DNA of 64,000 nucleotides from Candidatus Latescibacterota bacterium. GTDB lineage: Bacteria > Latescibacterota > UBA2968 > UBA8231. The stretch spans positions 3,872,001 through 3,936,000 of the forward strand of contig CBDETK010000013.1 in the NCBI GenBank assembly GCA_965242865.1. The letters are read 5' to 3'. The translations under genes were made by a program, and so were the position numbers. The notes beneath the pieces are model-generated. The model saw only the letters and a list, made by a program, of their open reading frames with translations. It was not told the origin of the DNA and searched no databases. Shown here one piece after another: positions 59,673 through 64,000 of this stretch (position 1 is the first letter of the stretch; each line of letters starts with the position of its first letter).

Positions 59673-60554
59673 TCAGTCGCCGAAGTTATAGACGAAGGAG
59701 AGCCAAGGGATGGGAAATCCCTCTTCGATTACCTCGCCGACGATAATGGCACCTACATCAACAGCTATCTTGGGACCGAAAAAGCGGAGGGCGAGGCCCA
59801 AGGGCTGTTGGTCAAGTTTGGCATCTCCGCCAGTAATAATCCAGTTTTCCGCGACCAAGGCCATGCTCTTGGAGAGGCGGATATTGCCGCCGATGAGGAG
59901 AATAGGGTGCTCGGCGAAATCCACGTCCTCGCCTTCCTCGGCGATGTAGCCTAGGCCGATGCCACAGGTGAAGCTCTTGTCCGGGCTGCCTTTGGTTCCG
60001 ACCACAAAGGCTATACCTCCAGCACCGCCAATGGCCCGCATATAGAGCAGGCCCGCGGAAAGGGCGACATCGTCGCTAGCATAGAGGCCAAACTTGGGGG
60101 CCACTGACAGGATTTGGTCGCTCAACCCCACTGCCGGAATAACGGACACGCCCCCTGACAAGCTAAAGTGTTCGGAGAGGCCGTAGGTTATACCGGGGAA
60201 GAAGATGTAGTGGTTGTAAAAATAGCCATCCCCTCGGCGCAATGGCCTACCAGTAGGGGCGAACATCAGGCGGGTGTAGTTAGGGTCGTGCTGGAAGAAG
60301 GCACCAGGACGCGCTTTTCTTATAGCAACAATGGATGCTCTCGGGATCTTTACTTCCAAGCCAGCCGATGTCTTGATGCGAACGTGGGTTTCGGTTTCCT
60401 GAATGATGGTGCCTTCAAGTTCGGTGCCGTCGGTGAGGAAAATGGACACCAGCCGAGCGACCCAGATGTCTGTAGCCTCGGCATCTAGAGGCATGATCAC
60501 TTGGATTAGGAGCAAGAGAGTCCACGAGACCCATTTGAATCTGGGAGCAACCAT
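59673..60554 (-). CDS. Hypothetical exported protein, possible outer-membrane beta-barrel
   Basis: Signal-like N-terminus, small SH3-like start 'IFLTDGTELEGTII', amphipathic strands, ends 'PWLSFVYNFGD'. Confidence 0.6.
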   Translation of the reverse strand: MVAPRFKWVSWTLLLLIQVIMPLDAEATDIWVARLVSIFLTDGTELEGTIIQETETHVRIKTSAGLEVKIPRASIVAIRKARPGAFFQHDPNYTRLMFAPTGRPLRRGDGYFYNHYIFFPGITYGLSEHFSLSGGVSVIPAVGLSDQILSVAPKFGLYASDDVALSAGLLYMRAIGGAGGIAFVVGTKGSPDKSFTCGIGLGYIAEEGEDVDFAEHPILLIGGNIRLSKSMALVAENWIITGGDAKLDQQPLGLALRFFGPKIAVDVGAIIVGEVIEEGFPIPWLSFVYNFGD

Positions 60555-60608
60555 TGTAATCCCCTTGCAAAGTGTTATGCAGAAACCCATTTGGTCTGGA
60601 GAGCCGCT

Positions 60609-61409
60609 TCAATCGCTCGCCAGAATGGGATGCAACGGATGGTACCAGGGGCCGCCGGCTCTCATTTCGTCGGCTGCGCCCGCTGCGTCGTGGGTTCCGG
60701 TAAAGGTGGTGTAGTCGGGCATGTAGATAATGGCAAACGCGCGGCGCGGGGCAGCGGTCTGGTTCGGACCGGCGTAGTGGAAGGTGCAGCCGTGGTGGAA
60801 GGTTACGCCGCCGGCGGCCATGTCCATGGACACCGGCTCGGGCACGTCAAAGCCGCGCTCCCGCATCTTATCGACGATGCTCTCGCCGGCAACGCCGAGC
60901 TTGATCGGTTCGAGCCGCTCGTACTGGTGGGAGCCGGGCACAAAGTGGAGGCAGCCATTGTCTGGAGTCACGTCGTCAACCGCGATCCAAGCCGACAACG
61001 CACCAACCGGATCCATGGGCCAATAGGGCGCGTCCTGATGCCAGTTGGTCTCCTTGCTCTTTTGGCCGGGGGGCTTGATCATCGCGTGATCGTGGTAGAT
61101 GCGCACGTGGCGGCAACCGCTCAAGCGGCGGGCGGTTTCGGCCAAGCGCGGGTGAAAGGCGATTTCCTTGGCCGCCGGATAGTCGGTCCAAAGGTTGACC
61201 ATCTGATTGAAGACGCGCTCGTAGTCTTCTGAAACGCGGCCATCCTTGTCGGCCCCTTTGATGCGGGCGCGATGCGTGGCGATGGCGTGGTCAATGGCTT
61301 GGCGCAGCGAGGCGATCTCCTCGGCCGAGAAGAATTGCTCGTAGCGGATATAGCCGTTTTGCTGGTAAAATTCGGCGTCGGCTGGCGTCGCCGGGCTTAT
61401 TGTAGGCAT
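60609..61409 (-). CDS. PhyH family Fe/2OG dioxygenase
   Basis: 'WHQDAPYW', 'WIAVDD..NGCLHFVPGSH', 'FHYAGPN..RRA'. Confidence 0.92.
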   Translation of the reverse strand: MPTISPATPADAEFYQQNGYIRYEQFFSAEEIASLRQAIDHAIATHRARIKGADKDGRVSEDYERVFNQMVNLWTDYPAAKEIAFHPRLAETARRLSGCRHVRIYHDHAMIKPPGQKSKETNWHQDAPYWPMDPVGALSAWIAVDDVTPDNGCLHFVPGSHQYERLEPIKLGVAGESIVDKMRERGFDVPEPVSMDMAAGGVTFHHGCTFHYAGPNQTAAPRRAFAIIYMPDYTTFTGTHDAAGAADEMRAGGPWYHPLHPILASD

Positions 61410-61464
61410 GAGGGCAAGGTATTAACTTTTGCAGTGGCAATCAACCATTCAACAGGAGGAGAAA

Positions 61465-61812
61465 GTGGCCGAAGTAACCATGTACCACAACCCGCAATGC
61501 TCCAAAAGTCGGCAGACGTTGGCTCTATTGGCCGAGCACGGCGTGGAGGCGAAGGTCGTCGAGTACTTGCAGACGCCGCCGGATGCCAAGACCCTAGACG
61601 CGCTCTTGCAAAAGCTGGGCTTGGAACCCCGGGAACTCATGCGAACCAACGAGGACGAATACGAGGCCCTCGGATTGGCCGAGGTGACCGATCGGGCGCA
61701 ACTCATTCAGGCACTGGTGGAACACCCCATCCTGATCGAGCGGCCCATCGTGGTCAAAGGAGGCCAAGCGCGCATCGGGCGTCCCCCGGAACGAGTCCTA
61801 GCTCTTCTCTAA
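61465..61812 (+). CDS. arsC: Arsenate reductase (glutaredoxin), ArsC family
   Basis: YHNPQCSKSR, 'LIERPIV', 'RIGRPPE'; RBS AGGAGG. Confidence 0.9.
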   Translation: MAEVTMYHNPQCSKSRQTLALLAEHGVEAKVVEYLQTPPDAKTLDALLQKLGLEPRELMRTNEDEYEALGLAEVTDRAQLIQALVEHPILIERPIVVKGGQARIGRPPERVLALL

Positions 61813-61813
61813 G

Positions 61814-62422
61814 ATGCTGAAACTGGGGTTTCTCGCCTCGCACACCGGGTCGAATATGCAGGCGATCGTCAACGCCTGTGCGGCCGGGACGCTGGCGGCC
61901 GAGCCGTGCGTGGCGATTAGCAACAACTCCCAGTCGGGCGCGTTGGTGCGGGCGCGGCAAGCAAACATGGCAACCTATCACCTGAGCACCCAGACGCACG
62001 GCGAGGGGCTGGGAGCGGCGATTTTGGCGGTGCTGCGGCGGCACGAGGTCGAAGTGGTTTGTCTGGCCGGATATATGAAAAAGCTAGGGGCGGAGGTACT
62101 GGCGGCCTACGAGGGGCGGGTCTTGAATATCCATCCATCCCTGTTGCCCAAGTTCGGCGGGCAGGGCCTGTACGGGATGCGGGTACACGAGGCCGTATTG
62201 GCCGCTGGCGAGCGAGCGAGCGGGGCGACGATCCACCTAGTAGATGAAGAATACGACCGAGGGCGGGTGCTGGCGCAGGAGAAGGTCGCGGTGCAGGCCG
62301 GGGACACGCCCGAGACCTTGCAGAAGCGGGTGCTGGCGGTGGAGCACCGGCTCTACCCGGCGACCCTCGCGCAAATCGCGGCCGGCGAAATCCCTATTCC
62401 GCGTCCCCGCTTTGGCGCATAA
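61814..62422 (+). CDS. purN: Phosphoribosylglycinamide formyltransferase
   Basis: 'GSNMQAI', 'LAGYMK', 'LNIHPSLLPKFGG', 'GATIHLVDEEYDRG', 'EHRLYP'. Confidence 0.93.
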   Translation: MLKLGFLASHTGSNMQAIVNACAAGTLAAEPCVAISNNSQSGALVRARQANMATYHLSTQTHGEGLGAAILAVLRRHEVEVVCLAGYMKKLGAEVLAAYEGRVLNIHPSLLPKFGGQGLYGMRVHEAVLAAGERASGATIHLVDEEYDRGRVLAQEKVAVQAGDTPETLQKRVLAVEHRLYPATLAQIAAGEIPIPRPRFGA

Positions 62423-63875
62423 TGCGGCGCAGGTGCCCGAGCTCTTCGGCGATGGTGCGCCGCTCTAGCAGCCCAAGCACGGCCCCATAAGCCAACGCCA
62501 TAATTCCACTCCGCAAGACAAAATCGCCCGCGGCATAATCCAATGCCCAACCGGCGTACGACCACCCACAGACCGCCGCGGCCAGCAATCCCACGGCCGG
62601 CGCGGCCAATACCTTGAGCCAATGGACGCTCACGTACGCACGCAACCCAACGCACAAGCCGAGGAACCCCGTGCCGGCCACGACGCCCATGCTGTACGCC
62701 ACGCCCTCCGTGCCCCACAAGACGCCCATCGCCGGGACAGCAAAGAGGGCCACGCCCCCCTGCACCCCCACGATGTACGCGGACCGGCGCGTCGCCCCGA
62801 CGGCCCACAGCAGGCTAAACCCATCGCTGAGCAGCGGGCGCAAAAGCGCATACGCGGCGAGCCAAATCACGATGCGCGCCGACGCGGCCCACTGATCGCC
62901 CAACAGGGCGGTTATTTCGCGGGCGTTAAAGGCCAAAATCAGGGACACCGGGGCCGACACCCTCAGCACTAGGCTAATCATCTTGGCGAACAACTCGCCC
63001 AGTCGCTCGCGCTCGTGCCGATACCGCGAGTACAGGGTACCGCTGTAATTGAGGATGATATGCGCGATGATCGCGGTGGGAATCTGCACCAGCCACCAAG
63101 CTGTCTCGTAGAACGCGAGGGCCGTATCGCCGGCGACCAAGCGCACGACCAGCTTGTCGTACCACCAAATAAAAATCTGCAATATCCATCCGACCCAAAT
63201 CCACACGCCATAGCCCAACAAGCGGCGCGCCCAAACCCAGTCGAAGTGCAAAGAAGCGCGGCGCAGGGGGCGGCTGTACCAAGTGCCAGCAGAAAAAAAC
63301 AGCACATACACTACGCTGAGCACCGAGTACGTAGTCCACCCCCCCAATATCAGGCTCCACTCTCCCCAGCCAGCGCGGGCCGCCAACAGCGCACTCAGCA
63401 GGGCCAACAGCGTCCCCAGCCCGTGCAAGAGGGAGAGCCGGCCAAACTCAAAGTCCATTCTCAGCAGGGCCTCTGAAGTCAAGGTCAGTTGGCGCACAAA
63501 GTGCAGCACCGCCAGCACCCACGCGACTTGGGCAAAGGTCCAAGAAAAATCCGCTGGAAAGAGCAACGCCAAGCCCAAGACGACCCCGCTGCTGAACAAA
63601 CACGACAGCAAGGTAATGCCCGCGTTCAGCGCAAAGTGCGTGCCGACAAATTCCTCGACTCGGTCTTGGAAGTGCAACAGCGCGTGCATCAGGCCAAACT
63701 CGCGCAGGCTGGAGAGCATGGTAAAGACCGTCACGCCTAAAAACACATCGGCAAAAACGCTGGGTTCGAGCTGTCTTTTGATCAGGACCGTCAGCCCCAC
63801 GCTGCCCAGCCGCGCGGCATAGCCCGTGCCCAAGGTGTAGAAAAACCCCTTGCACATCTTTTGCGGGGTAATCAT
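62394..63875 (-). CDS. Oligosaccharide/polysaccharide flippase (Wzx-like)
   Basis: 493 aa, many TM segments, 'EFGLMHALL', 'GWGEWSLI', 'LLGDQWAAS'. Confidence 0.82.
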   Translation of the reverse strand: MITPQKMCKGFFYTLGTGYAARLGSVGLTVLIKRQLEPSVFADVFLGVTVFTMLSSLREFGLMHALLHFQDRVEEFVGTHFALNAGITLLSCLFSSGVVLGLALLFPADFSWTFAQVAWVLAVLHFVRQLTLTSEALLRMDFEFGRLSLLHGLGTLLALLSALLAARAGWGEWSLILGGWTTYSVLSVVYVLFFSAGTWYSRPLRRASLHFDWVWARRLLGYGVWIWVGWILQIFIWWYDKLVVRLVAGDTALAFYETAWWLVQIPTAIIAHIILNYSGTLYSRYRHERERLGELFAKMISLVLRVSAPVSLILAFNAREITALLGDQWAASARIVIWLAAYALLRPLLSDGFSLLWAVGATRRSAYIVGVQGGVALFAVPAMGVLWGTEGVAYSMGVVAGTGFLGLCVGLRAYVSVHWLKVLAAPAVGLLAAAVCGWSYAGWALDYAAGDFVLRSGIMALAYGAVLGLLERRTIAEELGHLRRIMRQSGDAE

Positions 63876-63881
63876 GGATTG

Positions 63882-64000
63882 CTAGCGACCGCGGGCCGCG
63901 CCGCACCGGTAGGAGCGCGGGTCGCCGAGGCGGGCTTGCAGCGCGTCGGCGGTCATGCCAGTGTGGTGCTGGACCCAGTCGACTTCGTCGGCGAGTGTGC
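63882..64000 (-). CDS. 3' end of a CDS entering from beyond the window (product unknown)
   Basis: Open frame TLADEVDWVQHHTGMTADALQARLGDPRSYRCGAARGR* ending just upstream of the flippase start. Confidence 0.45.
   Translation of the reverse strand, partial: TLADEVDWVQHHTGMTADALQARLGDPRSYRCGAARGR

Noticed and set aside
63882-64000. Adenylosuccinate-lyase-like C-terminus near purN
   Set aside because: Only 38 codons visible; resemblance too weak to name

Overview
GC-rich bacterial chromosomal window. The gene mix (four PhyH-family dioxygenases, three Gfo/Idh/MocA oxidoreductases, an FlgD-Ig-tailed VIT-vWA protein, FN3 and L-domain lipoproteins) resembles FCB-group organisms such as Ca. Latescibacterota, possibly sponge-associated; this is inference only. 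No rRNA, tRNA, CRISPR array, integrase or transposase was seen. Main content: (1) Two unrelated tandem paralog arrays of envelope proteins, GT-C-like membrane glycosyltransferases (1-3963) and FN3-glucose/sorbosone dehydrogenase-cytochrome c lipoproteins (13674-20211). Their AT-rich 5' leaders share a 13-bp box followed by a homopolymer tract (G19, C12, C11) that sets the reading frame, a candidate shared phase-variation system. (2) A type 3 BREX island (44112-57028) flanked by an 11-bp direct repeat at start codons. It lacks brxHII, has broken pglXI and brxA, and carries an intact ABC-ATPase(DUF3696) + putative RelE-like effector pair. (3) An Mrr / ParA / Schlafen-AlbA_2 mini-island. (4) A sugar ABC operon split by the dehydrogenase array and frameshifted. 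(5) Several deletion scars and orphan antitoxins. The rest is catabolic and housekeeping genes (purN, arsC, flippase, ABC-F, MATE). All product calls come from motif recognition by eye; no database searches were run.
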